A stretch of DNA of 64,000 nucleotides from Oligoflexia bacterium (GTDB lineage: Bacteria > Bdellovibrionota > UBA1018 > CAIPTA01), in NCBI GenBank assembly GCA_903867855.1, contig CAIPTA010000144.1:10284-74283 (forward strand). The letters are read 5' to 3'. Both the position numbers and the translations under genes were made by a program. Shown here in pieces: positions 30,161-38,695 of this stretch. The notes beneath the pieces were generated by a model. The model saw nothing but the letters and a program-made list of their open reading frames with translations. It did not search any database and had not been told where the DNA came from. Position 1 is the stretch's first letter. Each line of letters begins with the position of its first letter.

Positions 30161-30252
30161 CCCAGCGAAAAGGGCAATCCGTAGCGAAAGCACGGGGCGC
30201 AAAGTTCTTATCCTACCCTCGAGAGAGAAGGGATGAAGAATTGCCGCAAGGG
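30161..30252 (+). promoter_or_regulatory. c-di-GMP class I (GEMM-I) riboswitch aptamer
   Basis: AAAAGGGCAAUCC-GUAGC-GAAA-GCAC-GGGGCGCAAAG-[hairpin 30205-30240]-UUGCC. This matches the conserved AGGGCAAACC ... GAAA ... GGGACGCAAAG ... UU(A/G)CC framework of the Vibrio cholerae Vc2 aptamer. Confidence 0.8.
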
Positions 30253-30551
30253 CGAGTGTTCCATACGTTCGGTCGAGAGCATCGGCGGCTCTGACTATGC
30301 TATGCTTGGGTTAACTATTGGCGGCGAGCTGATAGTTAGGACGTGTCGGGCCTCGAAGGAGAAACGAATGAAAACGGAGTGCTAGCGCAAGCTAGTGGTT
30401 CCGTTTACGAGAAACTTGTTTAAAAAAATTCAAATATCGATTGCATAGGATTTCGGCTCGGGACGGAGATGATAGAGTAAATATCTCTGCCGCGAGGTGA
30501 GCCTACACTATATGTGTTTGCAGCCTGCCGATTTTGATCGGCGGCGATGAA

Positions 30552-30584
30552 AGAGGTTGATTATGAATCAACCTCTTTTTTTTT
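30552..30584 (+). terminator. Rho-independent terminator of the riboswitch RNA (T-tract overlaps the convergent suhB stop codon)
   Basis: 11-bp perfect stem AGAGGTTGATT (30552-30562) / AATCAACCTCT (30566-30576), 3-nt loop, then a run of 8 further T (30577-30584; 9 consecutive T from 30576). Confidence 0.85.
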
Positions 30585-31377
30585 ATTTCAAAATTTCCAT
30601 CATGCGGGGATGAATAATCCCATTCGTCGCGAGCACTTCTCTGCCCATCAGATCTAATGGATCATTTCTATAGTTACTCACTTCGCCACCAGCTTCCGTG
30701 ACTAGTGCTGCTCCGGCACAAATATCCCAGCTACCTAAATTTTGTTCCCAAAAGCCATCGAATACACCTGCGGCTACGTAGGCAAGGTCGATTGCGGCAG
30801 CGCCGGGGCGTCTTACTGCGCGGGCCTCTAGGTGAGCATTGTGAAATTTCTCGATCGCAGGCGCTAGCATGCTCTCTTCTTGGCTGTAAGCAAAACCAGT
30901 GGTGAGCAAGCACTCAGAAATTTTCTTGCGATCACTCACGTGAATTTTCTTTTTCCCAAGAAAGGCGCCACTTCCCTTGGCTGCATGAAAAGTTTCCTTT
31001 AGACAAGGAATATGAATCACACCGAGCACTGGGTCCCCCGCGATCGCGAGACCGATAGAGACACAAAACATGGGAAAGCCGTGAACGAAATTTGTGGTGC
31101 CATCGAGTGGATCCACATGCCAAACGGGAGTATCGCCGTGAATGAGATCACTTTGGCCACTTTCTTCCCCAATGAAAACGAAGCTAGGAAACTTTTTCTG
31201 AAGAGCGGCTTTAATGAATTTTTCGCTCTTTAAGTCAGCTTGTGTAACAAGCCCTGCTTTAAACTTTTCTTTGATGATGAGTTTTTTACGATAGTAGCTT
31301 AGCAAAATTTTGCCTGCGCCTTCTGCTACTTTACAAACCTCGGCCTTAATTTTTACGAGCTCTGATTTCTTGAGCAT
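30583..31377 (-). CDS. suhB: Inositol monophosphatase family protein
   Basis: 264 aa. IMPase motifs WHVDPLDGTTNFVHG and GSWDICAGAALVTEAGG. Confidence 0.85.
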   Translation of the reverse strand: MLKKSELVKIKAEVCKVAEGAGKILLSYYRKKLIIKEKFKAGLVTQADLKSEKFIKAALQKKFPSFVFIGEESGQSDLIHGDTPVWHVDPLDGTTNFVHGFPMFCVSIGLAIAGDPVLGVIHIPCLKETFHAAKGSGAFLGKKKIHVSDRKKISECLLTTGFAYSQEESMLAPAIEKFHNAHLEARAVRRPGAAAIDLAYVAAGVFDGFWEQNLGSWDICAGAALVTEAGGEVSNYRNDPLDLMGREVLATNGIIHPRMMEILK

Positions 31378-32300
31378 TAGAAGAAGGCCTCTTTCGCGTG
31401 AGTCTTGGTATACTCGGCTACATATTTTTTATATTCTTGGATAAGTCTCTTTGTGAGTTCGCCGCCACCAGAGGGAAACACTTGCTTGGCTCCATGTTCA
31501 AATCGGATTCCGCACACTGGCATGATTTCCCTCGTTGCACTACTTACGAAACACTCTTTCATGCTGGGAATATCTTCCGGACGCAATGGTCGCTCCGAGT
31601 AGCCCACACCAATTTTTTTGCAAACTTCGGCAACGGCTCTTTTCGTGAGACCTTTTAGATTCCCCGTATTGGTGCCTGCTTCATGAGGGGGAGAAATTAT
31701 CTTCCCATCCTGCACAAAGCACACATTGCTATTCGATGCCTCAGTTAATTTTCCATCTAGACTTAAAATAAGAGCATCGTCTGCTCCCAATTTTTTTACT
31801 TCGCCGACGGCAAGGATATTGTTCAAGTAGTTACCACTCTTGATATTTGGATCGAGGGCGAGGGGAGAGTTCCGCCTGATCGAGGGCATGGCGAGCCACA
31901 TACCTTCTTGGTAAAAGCGCGGATTCCAATCCACTATGGGTTTCACTAAAATGATATAGCTCGTTTTTTTGGCTAGCGCTGGATCAAGATCGAGCACACT
32001 TTCGCCACGAGTGATTGCATAACGAATGAAAACTTCTTCGCCAGCCTGTACGTTGCTAGAGGCAACGGTGCGGCGAATTTCTTCTTTCAAGAAAAGTCGA
32101 GATTGGGAGAGTTCCATTTGCGCGAGTCGCGCGGAGTTTTCTAGGCGCTCGAAGTGCTCATCATAATAAAAGGGCACACCAGAATAAGTGCGCACTACTT
32201 CATAGATGGAGTCACCGTATAAAAAACCACGATCAAAGATGGAGATTTTTGCGTCACTCGCAGCCGTGATCAAACCATTCACATTCGCTGTTGCTTGCAT
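31377..32300 (-). CDS. Class IV (fold type IV) aminotransferase, branched-chain/D-amino-acid type
   Basis: 307 aa. FDRGFLYGDSIYEVVRTY, LTEASNSNVCFV, GNLKGLTR-like segment. Confidence 0.8.
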   Translation of the reverse strand: MQATANVNGLITAASDAKISIFDRGFLYGDSIYEVVRTYSGVPFYYDEHFERLENSARLAQMELSQSRLFLKEEIRRTVASSNVQAGEEVFIRYAITRGESVLDLDPALAKKTSYIILVKPIVDWNPRFYQEGMWLAMPSIRRNSPLALDPNIKSGNYLNNILAVGEVKKLGADDALILSLDGKLTEASNSNVCFVQDGKIISPPHEAGTNTGNLKGLTKRAVAEVCKKIGVGYSERPLRPEDIPSMKECFVSSATREIMPVCGIRFEHGAKQVFPSGGGELTKRLIQEYKKYVAEYTKTHAKEAFF

Positions 32301-32309
32301 AGGGGAAGC

Positions 32310-33452
32310 TTACTGTAAGCGTTCGAGCTTAGCTAGAGGATAGTAAAATTGCAGAATCTCTCTGTAGGATTTGCCAAGATCCGCCATGGCCTTCGCGCCA
32401 ATCTGGCACATACCCACGCCGTGGCCATATCCATGGCCATCAAACTCTACTCCGTTATCGTTCGCGTGTAGATCGAAAGCGGTGCTCTTGATATGAGTAT
32501 TTCCTACAGCATTGCGAAAGGCGTTTGCAGAAATCACGGCGGTATTTCCTTGCGAATCAGAAATGATAAGATCATTCATGCGCGCATTTTCGTTGTTTGG
32601 TCCTGATTCTAAATGGGCGAGACGAGCAAAGCCTCGTGGCAATAAGCCAGCCACTTTGTGTAAGGCCTGATCGAGCTGATAGAGTGAGCTATGGAAATTC
32701 CAATGTCTTTGGCTGGCGCTGGTTTGGTGGTAAGGGCAAACCACTGGGCGAATATAGCCATATTTTTCGCCCCACACTGCTTCTGGATTTTCTGTTTTTC
32801 CGCCACAGTCCGCATGGAAAAAGGCTTTGATAGGTTCATGCTTCCACGCGAGAACCATCCCTTGAGTGCTTTCTGCCGCGCGGTTCGATTTTGGTGTTTC
32901 GCTACTAGCACCATCATATACTTGATCTTGGGTAGTGCTCTCTAAATCAAAATTTCTCGCCGAACTATATTGCATCTGGTGGAGTGCATAGGTACGCGAG
33001 GCCACCGCTTGAGCACGCAGAGCTTCCATCGGCCAGCTTGCCAGCATCTCCTTGTTGATTAGGCCGGCAATATATTTTTCTAAGTTAAGCTTATTCACCA
33101 CGGCACAGTTGCCATGATCGATATAGATAAAAATATCGCCGCGATAGGCTTTATCCTGAATGTTCACAAAATTGCCACGGGAACTGATTTGTAGGCGTTG
33201 CTCTGGCTTGGAATTCAGGCCATAGCTAATTCCTGCTTGGTTGCAGTGAATACTAAATACGCTGCTAGACTCAATGCTCACTGTATTATTTAGAACGAGA
33301 TCGGTGCCGGAAATTTCTAGCTCAGTGAAGTGACCTAGGAGCACGCGTACATCGCGATTCTCTAGGCTCGTGAGGCTTGGTCTTGGTATGGCGGCTTCTG
33401 CGGATACGCAAAAACAAATATTAAAGGCTAAAAAACTACGAAGCCACCACAT
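32310..33452 (-). CDS. SpoIID/LytB domain protein (peptidoglycan remodelling)
   Basis: 380 aa. Signal peptide, MEALRAQAVASRTYAL, FHADCGGKTE, GHGVGMCQIGA. Confidence 0.8.
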   Translation of the reverse strand: MWWLRSFLAFNICFCVSAEAAIPRPSLTSLENRDVRVLLGHFTELEISGTDLVLNNTVSIESSSVFSIHCNQAGISYGLNSKPEQRLQISSRGNFVNIQDKAYRGDIFIYIDHGNCAVVNKLNLEKYIAGLINKEMLASWPMEALRAQAVASRTYALHQMQYSSARNFDLESTTQDQVYDGASSETPKSNRAAESTQGMVLAWKHEPIKAFFHADCGGKTENPEAVWGEKYGYIRPVVCPYHQTSASQRHWNFHSSLYQLDQALHKVAGLLPRGFARLAHLESGPNNENARMNDLIISDSQGNTAVISANAFRNAVGNTHIKSTAFDLHANDNGVEFDGHGYGHGVGMCQIGAKAMADLGKSYREILQFYYPLAKLERLQ

Positions 33453-33475
33453 GAAATCTCCTAAGAGATTCTAAC

Positions 33476-34228
33476 TCACTTTTTCGTGAGCTCGGTGAAG
33501 AATTTCATAAAATCTAACGGGAAGGGGAACACAATCGTGTGATTGCCTTCTTCAGAGGAAACTTCCTTTAACGTTTGCAGGTAACGAAGGGAAATTGTAC
33601 CAGGGCTTTCGCTCATCAGCTTACCTGCTTCCGAGAGTTGTTTGGCGGCTTGGAATTCTCCTTCGGCAGCAATCACTTTCGCGCGACGTTCCCTCTCCGC
33701 TTCTGCTTGTTGAGCCATCGCTCGCTGCATTTCAGGGGGCAAATCAATTTGTTTCACTTCCACATGACTCACCTTGATGCCCCAGGGAGCGGTTTGCACA
33801 TCGAGAATATTTTGTAGCTTCGTGTTGAGTGATTCTCTCTCCGATAGAAGTTCATCGAGCTCAACTTGGCCGAGCACGCTTCGTAGCGTGGTTTGTGAAA
33901 GTTGGGAGGTGGCGAAAAGATAATTTTCGATTTCAATCACGCTTTTTAGAGGATCTACCACGCGGAAATAAATTACGGCGTTTACTTTGAGGGTAACGTT
34001 ATCACGGGTAATGATATCTTGTGGAGGCACGTCGAAGGTAACTGTGCGGAGATCTACTCGTGTCATTTTATCGAGAATGGGAACGATAACTACAAGCCCG
34101 GGCCCTTTTGGCTCCTTAATCGCGCGACCCAACCGAAACACCACACCACGCTCATATTCATTCAGCACGCGCACCGCGCTCATTAAAACTACAACGATGG
34201 GAATTAAGAACACAAAAAATTCAGGCAT
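33476..34228 (-). CDS. SPFH/Band 7 (stomatin-like) membrane protein
   Basis: 250 aa. N-terminal TM helix, [16 protein letters not shown] ... V.A.IY.RV, Ala/Glu-rich coiled coil. Confidence 0.85.
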   Translation of the reverse strand: MPEFFVFLIPIVVVLMSAVRVLNEYERGVVFRLGRAIKEPKGPGLVVIVPILDKMTRVDLRTVTFDVPPQDIITRDNVTLKVNAVIYFRVVDPLKSVIEIENYLFATSQLSQTTLRSVLGQVELDELLSERESLNTKLQNILDVQTAPWGIKVSHVEVKQIDLPPEMQRAMAQQAEAERERRAKVIAAEGEFQAAKQLSEAGKLMSESPGTISLRYLQTLKEVSSEEGNHTIVFPFPLDFMKFFTELTKK

Positions 34229-34239
34229 AACTAATACTC

Positions 34240-34896
34240 CTATTTCAGATGGCTCATCACCTTTTGCAGATCATTCCAGGCTTCACGTTTTTTGTCTGGC
34301 GCTTGGAGTAGCTCTCGTGGGTGATGAGTTAAAAAAAGTTTTCTGCCTTTGAAGGAGTGATCCTGCAGCCGTAATTTTTCAAGGCCGATATCGGCACGAG
34401 CGAGCGTACGAGCTGGGAGTTCACCGAAGGCAACAATGAGTTTCGGTTGTAAAAGTTCAATTTGTTTTTCTAGATATTTCAGGCAAATAAGTGCCTCTTC
34501 TTCACGAGCAATCTGCCCGGTAGGAGGCTTACACTTCAACAAATTGGTGAGGTAAACTTCTTCAAGCCGCAGACCCATGGCGGCGATCATTTTCGTGAGT
34601 AGTTCGCCTGCCTCATCACTGAAAGGCTTGCCAGCTTCATCGTCTTTTCGGCTTGGAATATCGCCTAGAAAAAGCACCTTAGGCTTAGCGTGCCCAATTC
34701 CAAAAACTAGTTTTTCTCTGCCTAAATGGGCGCTGCAATCCTTACAAAAACGCATGGATTCTGAGAGGCCTTGTAGGGAATCTACCTGCTTTTCATAGGG
34801 ATTTTCAGCGGCTACCGGATTGAATTGTAAGGGTAGCTCTTCCACGCCCGCGAACACCTCACGCAGCGTCTTGGCTAACTCATCTTTCAGCGTCAT
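34240..34896 (-). CDS. Uracil-DNA glycosylase, family 4
   Basis: 218 aa. [50 protein letters not shown] and C-terminal THHPRELL. Confidence 0.85.
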   Translation of the reverse strand: MTLKDELAKTLREVFAGVEELPLQFNPVAAENPYEKQVDSLQGLSESMRFCKDCSAHLGREKLVFGIGHAKPKVLFLGDIPSRKDDEAGKPFSDEAGELLTKMIAAMGLRLEEVYLTNLLKCKPPTGQIAREEEALICLKYLEKQIELLQPKLIVAFGELPARTLARADIGLEKLRLQDHSFKGRKLFLTHHPRELLQAPDKKREAWNDLQKVMSHLK

Positions 34897-35000
34897 TTCA
34901 GCACTCTATGGCGGAATACCTGCTATTCGCAATAGTTTTTCTTTCTAAGGTTTTTGGCCTGCTCACCGATAGGTATGTGTGGCCAAGGAGGACCCTAATC

Positions 35001-35249
35001 ATGGATAAAGAACTCGACGATACCCTCGATCTAGATACTCAAAGCGAAATCGAAAGCACGCCCTCACTCTATCAAAACCCAACTCTCCCAGCAGACGAAG
35101 CCCTGAAGCTCTTGGAGTCTTGCCCTGTTTGTAATTGCCGAGTGCGTTTTACGAATTTCTCTGACTTTGCACGTCTAATTTCTCACGAAGTGATCCGCTG
35201 TGAAGAGTGCGGCTATCGTGCGAAAAAAGACATGAATCACCTTCAGTAA
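35001..35249 (+). CDS. Small zinc-ribbon protein, unknown function
   Basis: 82 aa from ATG 35001, with SD AAGGAGGA 8 nt upstream. CPVCNC ... CEECGY. The 3' end overlaps the convergent uvrC by 7 nt. Confidence 0.5.
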   Translation: MDKELDDTLDLDTQSEIESTPSLYQNPTLPADEALKLLESCPVCNCRVRFTNFSDFARLISHEVIRCEECGYRAKKDMNHLQ

Positions 35250-37009
35250 TTTTTTCTCTGCTTACGTTGGAATTCCACGGCGAAGCGATGCGCCTCATCT
35301 CGAATCCGCTGCATTAGATGACAAACTGCGGATTCGGGAGCGAGCGTAATCGGGTTCATTCTTCCTGGCTTAAACACTCTCTCAAACGTTCTCGTTACTT
35401 CCCGATTATCAAAATCCGATTCCACCTTGCTCTTAGCTAACGAAACCACATCGATCCCCGTAATATTCAATTCCTTCACCACTTCCACAGCCATCGAGAG
35501 CTGCCCCTTACCGCCATCAATGATGAGTAAATCCGGTGGATCCTCGAAATTCTCTTCCGCATATTCCGAGCTTTTTAAAAGTCTGCGCGATATCACTTCG
35601 CGCATTGCTGCGAAATCATTTTGTGAATCAATGCTCTTCATCTTGTAGTGCCGATACAAGGATTTATCTGCCTTACCTTCGATGAATGTAACCCTGGAGG
35701 CCACAATGCCTGTATCGCCAAGGTTGGAAATATCAAAACACTCGATTCGCCGTGGGTAATTTTCTAATTGTAACTTCGAGCGTAGATCAGCCAGCACGCG
35801 GTAGATGCTGCCTTTTTCTCTCTGACGCTCTTCAAAGATGTTAGCTGCATTTTTGGCGGCTAATTCGAGCAGATCATGCTTGCCGCCTTTTTGCGGGATA
35901 AAGAATTTGGTGTTCGTCTGCATTTGTGCAAAGCCTTCTTCGAAAAGGCTTTGTTCGGGCAAATCGAAGGGAATCAAAATTTCATTTGGCGCACTTTTGG
36001 CTTCTGCACCTGGAAAAGCTGATTGAGTAGTGAAGGTGGGTTCCTCTAGTTGATCTTCCGCCAAATAGAATTGAGCGAGGAAGCTAGTGAGAATTTCTTC
36101 GTTGGAACGATCTTCTACATGATCGAAGTGGAAACTGGCAGTATCCACCACATCGCCGCCACGTACGAAGAGAAGGGCAACGCTCGCTGATGCGCCAACA
36201 CGGTGCCAACCTACGACATCCATACGAATATCACCATAGATCGGATTAGAAACATTGGCGGATTTCTTCCTTTGCAGCGTTTCTTGTAGGCCCTTCAGGA
36301 GATCACGAAGACGAGCCGCTTTCTCGAATTCCATTTCTTCCGCTAGCTTCTCCATTTCCGCTTCCATTTTTTTGATGGCGTCAGTGCCATGCCCACTTAA
36401 TAGTTCTAGCGCGTGGTTTAAATCTCTTTGATAGTCTTCAGCAGTGATCATGCCGGTGCATGGTGCGCTGCAAGTGCCAATCTGATAATTGAGGCAGGGG
36501 CGACTACGATTTTGAAATTCGGAATCGCTGCAATCACGGAGACGAAAGTTTTTATTCAAAAAGCGCATCGCTTCGCGAAGGTGCCCGGCGGAAGCGAAGG
36601 GGCCAAAGATACGCATGCCTTTTCGTTTTTTGGGCCTTCGCATATACACGAGTTTTGGGAAACTGTGAGATTCATCGATGATCACAAAGGGATAGGATTT
36701 ATCGTCGCGCAGTAAAATATTGTAGCGCGGCTTATGCTTCTTGATCTGGATGCTTTCCAGAATCAGGGCCTCGGCTTCGGAATTAGTGAGAATGATCTCG
36801 AATTCCGCAATCTTGCTAACTAAGGTTTTGGTCTTGGGATCGTCTACGTTTTTGTGGAAATAGGTGCGGATGCGGTTAGTGAGGTTTTTCGCTTTGCCGA
36901 TATAGAGAATCTTGCCGTGCTTATCGAGCATGCGATACACGCCAGGGCCTTCACTCGCTTCCCGAGCCTTATCCTGGAGATATAGCAGTCTTTGTTCGGC
37001 TGTACTCAT
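35243..37009 (-). CDS. uvrC: Excinuclease ABC subunit C
   Basis: 588 aa. GIY-YIG (GVYRMLDKHGKILYIGKAKNL), UVR domain (EMEFEKAARLRD), C-terminal endonuclease/RNase H-like region. Confidence 0.9.
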   Translation of the reverse strand: MSTAEQRLLYLQDKAREASEGPGVYRMLDKHGKILYIGKAKNLTNRIRTYFHKNVDDPKTKTLVSKIAEFEIILTNSEAEALILESIQIKKHKPRYNILLRDDKSYPFVIIDESHSFPKLVYMRRPKKRKGMRIFGPFASAGHLREAMRFLNKNFRLRDCSDSEFQNRSRPCLNYQIGTCSAPCTGMITAEDYQRDLNHALELLSGHGTDAIKKMEAEMEKLAEEMEFEKAARLRDLLKGLQETLQRKKSANVSNPIYGDIRMDVVGWHRVGASASVALLFVRGGDVVDTASFHFDHVEDRSNEEILTSFLAQFYLAEDQLEEPTFTTQSAFPGAEAKSAPNEILIPFDLPEQSLFEEGFAQMQTNTKFFIPQKGGKHDLLELAAKNAANIFEERQREKGSIYRVLADLRSKLQLENYPRRIECFDISNLGDTGIVASRVTFIEGKADKSLYRHYKMKSIDSQNDFAAMREVISRRLLKSSEYAEENFEDPPDLLIIDGGKGQLSMAVEVVKELNITGIDVVSLAKSKVESDFDNREVTRTFERVFKPGRMNPITLAPESAVCHLMQRIRDEAHRFAVEFQRKQRKNY

Positions 37010-37039
37010 CTTTACCTGGTAGTATATTTCAAAATAGCA

Positions 37040-37070
37040 TTGAGTGTCGAAGCAGATTTTCTTTTATAAT
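37040..37070 (+). promoter_or_regulatory. Possible promoter giving a leaderless or near-leaderless mRNA for the 37078 gene
   Basis: TTGAGT (37040-37045), 19-nt spacer, perfect TATAAT (37065-37070). The ATG at 37078 is 7 nt downstream and has no SD. Confidence 0.3.
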
Positions 37071-37077
37071 AGAGACT

Positions 37078-37515
37078 ATGGCAGTTGGTGAAGAAATAAT
37101 CTGTTTTTGTAGTTCTTGTAACCTAGATTTGCGTCATGTGATTGTGGCGCACAAATCTGGAAATTCTGGGCCCATCGCAAAGGTTCGTTGCAATACTTGC
37201 GCTAAGATCCATGCGTTTCGTAATAATCCGGCCATCGTGGCCGCGAAGAAGGCTGCTACGCCTAGAGGGGCGGCCGCTCCGCGAGAGAAGGTACAGGTAA
37301 TTCCCCTCGAAGTAGAGTGGCGTGAACAGCTACGATCGAAGGAAAAATCGCCTTCGATACAGTATTCACCAGGCCATGATTTCAAAGTTGGTGATGTTCT
37401 CGACCATCCAAGCTTCGGATGTGGTATCGTGAGATCTCTGAAAGAAGGCAATAAGTTTGAAGTGCTGTTTCAGCGGGAAATTAAGGTGCTCGTGCACCGC
37501 CTAAAAACAAGCTAG
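37078..37515 (+). CDS. Zinc-ribbon protein with C-terminal small beta-barrel-like segment, unknown function
   Basis: 145 aa. CFCSSC ... CNTC, then GDVLDHPSFGCGIVRSL ... KFEVLF. Confidence 0.5.
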   Translation: MAVGEEIICFCSSCNLDLRHVIVAHKSGNSGPIAKVRCNTCAKIHAFRNNPAIVAAKKAATPRGAAAPREKVQVIPLEVEWREQLRSKEKSPSIQYSPGHDFKVGDVLDHPSFGCGIVRSLKEGNKFEVLFQREIKVLVHRLKTS

Positions 37516-37525
37516 GAGCATTCTC

Positions 37526-38692
37526 ATGGCTGACGGAAAAGTGGAGCATAATAGCTACGAAGTGAAGCCTCATATTTTGGAGCGCTTTCCTGTTGCTTCA
37601 AGGTCTATTTGGAAAGATGTTTCCGATAAAGACTGGAACAGCTGGATCTGGCAGCAGCAGAATCGCGTAAAAAATCTTGAGCAGCTGGGCAAAGTAATTA
37701 ATCTCACCGACGAGGAGCGCAAAGCCTATGAGGGCTCGGTGGAAATGTTCAACATGAGCATCACGCCTTACTATGCAGCTTTAATGGATCCAAATGATCC
37801 AAACTGCCCGATTCGATTGCAGGCCGTGCCGAAGCTGGGTGAACTCTATATTTCTCCTACCGATATGGAAGATCCACTCGCGGAAGAGCGCGATATGCCT
37901 GTGCCTGGGATTACCCATCGCTATCCTGATCGCGTGCTTTTTTATACCACTCATAATTGCGCCATGTACTGCCGCTTCTGCACGCGAAAAAGAAAAGTTT
38001 CTGATCCCGGTTCTGCGGCTCAAACGAAACAGCTCGATGATAGTCTCGCCTATATTCGTGCGCACAAAGAAATTCGCGATGTAGTTATCTCTGGCGGTGA
38101 TCCACTCTCCAATTCTGATGATCGTCTCGATTATATTTTGGGTTCGCTCCGCGATATGCCTCATATTGAGATGTTCCGCCTTGGCACCCGGAATATGGTT
38201 ACGCTCCCTCAGCGTATCACCGATGATTTTGTGAATATGTTGCGCAAGCATCACCCTGTTTTTGTGAACACGCATTTTAACCATCCCAAAGAATGCACTC
38301 GAGAAGCCTTTGATGCTTGTCGACGCCTCGCTGATGCCGGTGTGGTAATCTCAAATCAAATGGTGCTGCTAAAAGGCATCAATAATGATCCTAAAACCGT
38401 GATGGAACTCAATCATAAATTGCTGATGATGAGAGTGCGTCCTTACTATATTTATCAGTGTGATCTCTCTCAGGGTATCTCTCACTTTCGCACCACGGTT
38501 GACGAGGGTCTAAATATCATCGAGCATCTTCGTGGATGGACGAGCGGTCTCGCCGTGCCTCACTATGTGATCGATGCGCCAGGTGGCGGTGGAAAAATTC
38601 CTTTGCTTCCGCAGTATCTGGTGAAGAAGGAAGGCAAGAAGGTTACGCTTCGTAACTTCCGCAAACAACAGTTCGAATACAACGAGCCCTAG
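37526..38692 (+). CDS. KamA-family radical SAM aminomutase (L-lysine 2,3-aminomutase-like)
   Basis: 388 aa. THRYPDRVL, cluster CAMYCRFC, NQMVLLKGINND, PYYIYQCDLSQGISHFRT, PLP-Lys motif DAPGGGGKIP. Confidence 0.85.
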   Translation: MADGKVEHNSYEVKPHILERFPVASRSIWKDVSDKDWNSWIWQQQNRVKNLEQLGKVINLTDEERKAYEGSVEMFNMSITPYYAALMDPNDPNCPIRLQAVPKLGELYISPTDMEDPLAEERDMPVPGITHRYPDRVLFYTTHNCAMYCRFCTRKRKVSDPGSAAQTKQLDDSLAYIRAHKEIRDVVISGGDPLSNSDDRLDYILGSLRDMPHIEMFRLGTRNMVTLPQRITDDFVNMLRKHHPVFVNTHFNHPKECTREAFDACRRLADAGVVISNQMVLLKGINNDPKTVMELNHKLLMMRVRPYYIYQCDLSQGISHFRTTVDEGLNIIEHLRGWTSGLAVPHYVIDAPGGGGKIPLLPQYLVKKEGKKVTLRNFRKQQFEYNEP

Positions 38693-38695
38693 CAA

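Larger units (their letters stand above)
30126..30584 (+). ncRNA. Orphan structured RNA of about 460 nt: c-di-GMP-I riboswitch aptamer plus an uncharacterised 3' domain of about 300 nt, ending at its own terminator
   Basis: Predicted promoter upstream and strong terminator downstream. At least three clean GNRA-capped hairpins on the + strand only, plus further stem-loops. No + strand ORF longer than 26 codons inside the unit (one 36-codon frame starts in the terminator and runs antisense into suhB). The flanking genes are on the opposite strand. Confidence 0.65.

Noticed and set aside
30356-30385. A perfect SD AAGGAG, a 6-nt spacer and then ATG AAA ACG GAG TGC TAG (MKTEC) lie inside the ncRNA.
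   Set aside because: Five codons is too short to support as a gene. The SD lies in a predicted CUC-GAAG-GAG hairpin, and the ORF runs into the stem of the 30372-30406 hairpin. It could be a regulatory micro-ORF, but there is no evidence from sequence alone.
30372-30406. A 35-nt two-tier hairpin with a GNRA loop and a 2-nt 3' asymmetry resembles group II intron domain V.
   Set aside because: The helix lengths (7+7 bp) and the position of the internal loop differ from domain V. No AGC/CGC triad sits at the expected position, there is no 5' GUGYG, no domain VI bulged A and no intron-encoded protein. It is kept only as part of the unknown 3' domain.
30126-30584. I first considered whether the structured RNA was tmRNA (smpB is in the window), RNase P RNA, SRP/4.5S RNA or 6S RNA.
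   Set aside because: There is no GGAAAGUCC-type P4 element or ACAGAA..CCGGCUUA (RNase P). There is no tRNA-like acceptor/T-arm ending in CCA and no tag reading frame (tmRNA). There is no SRP domain IV motif. The GEMM-I framework explains the 5' part instead. This was not verified with covariance models.
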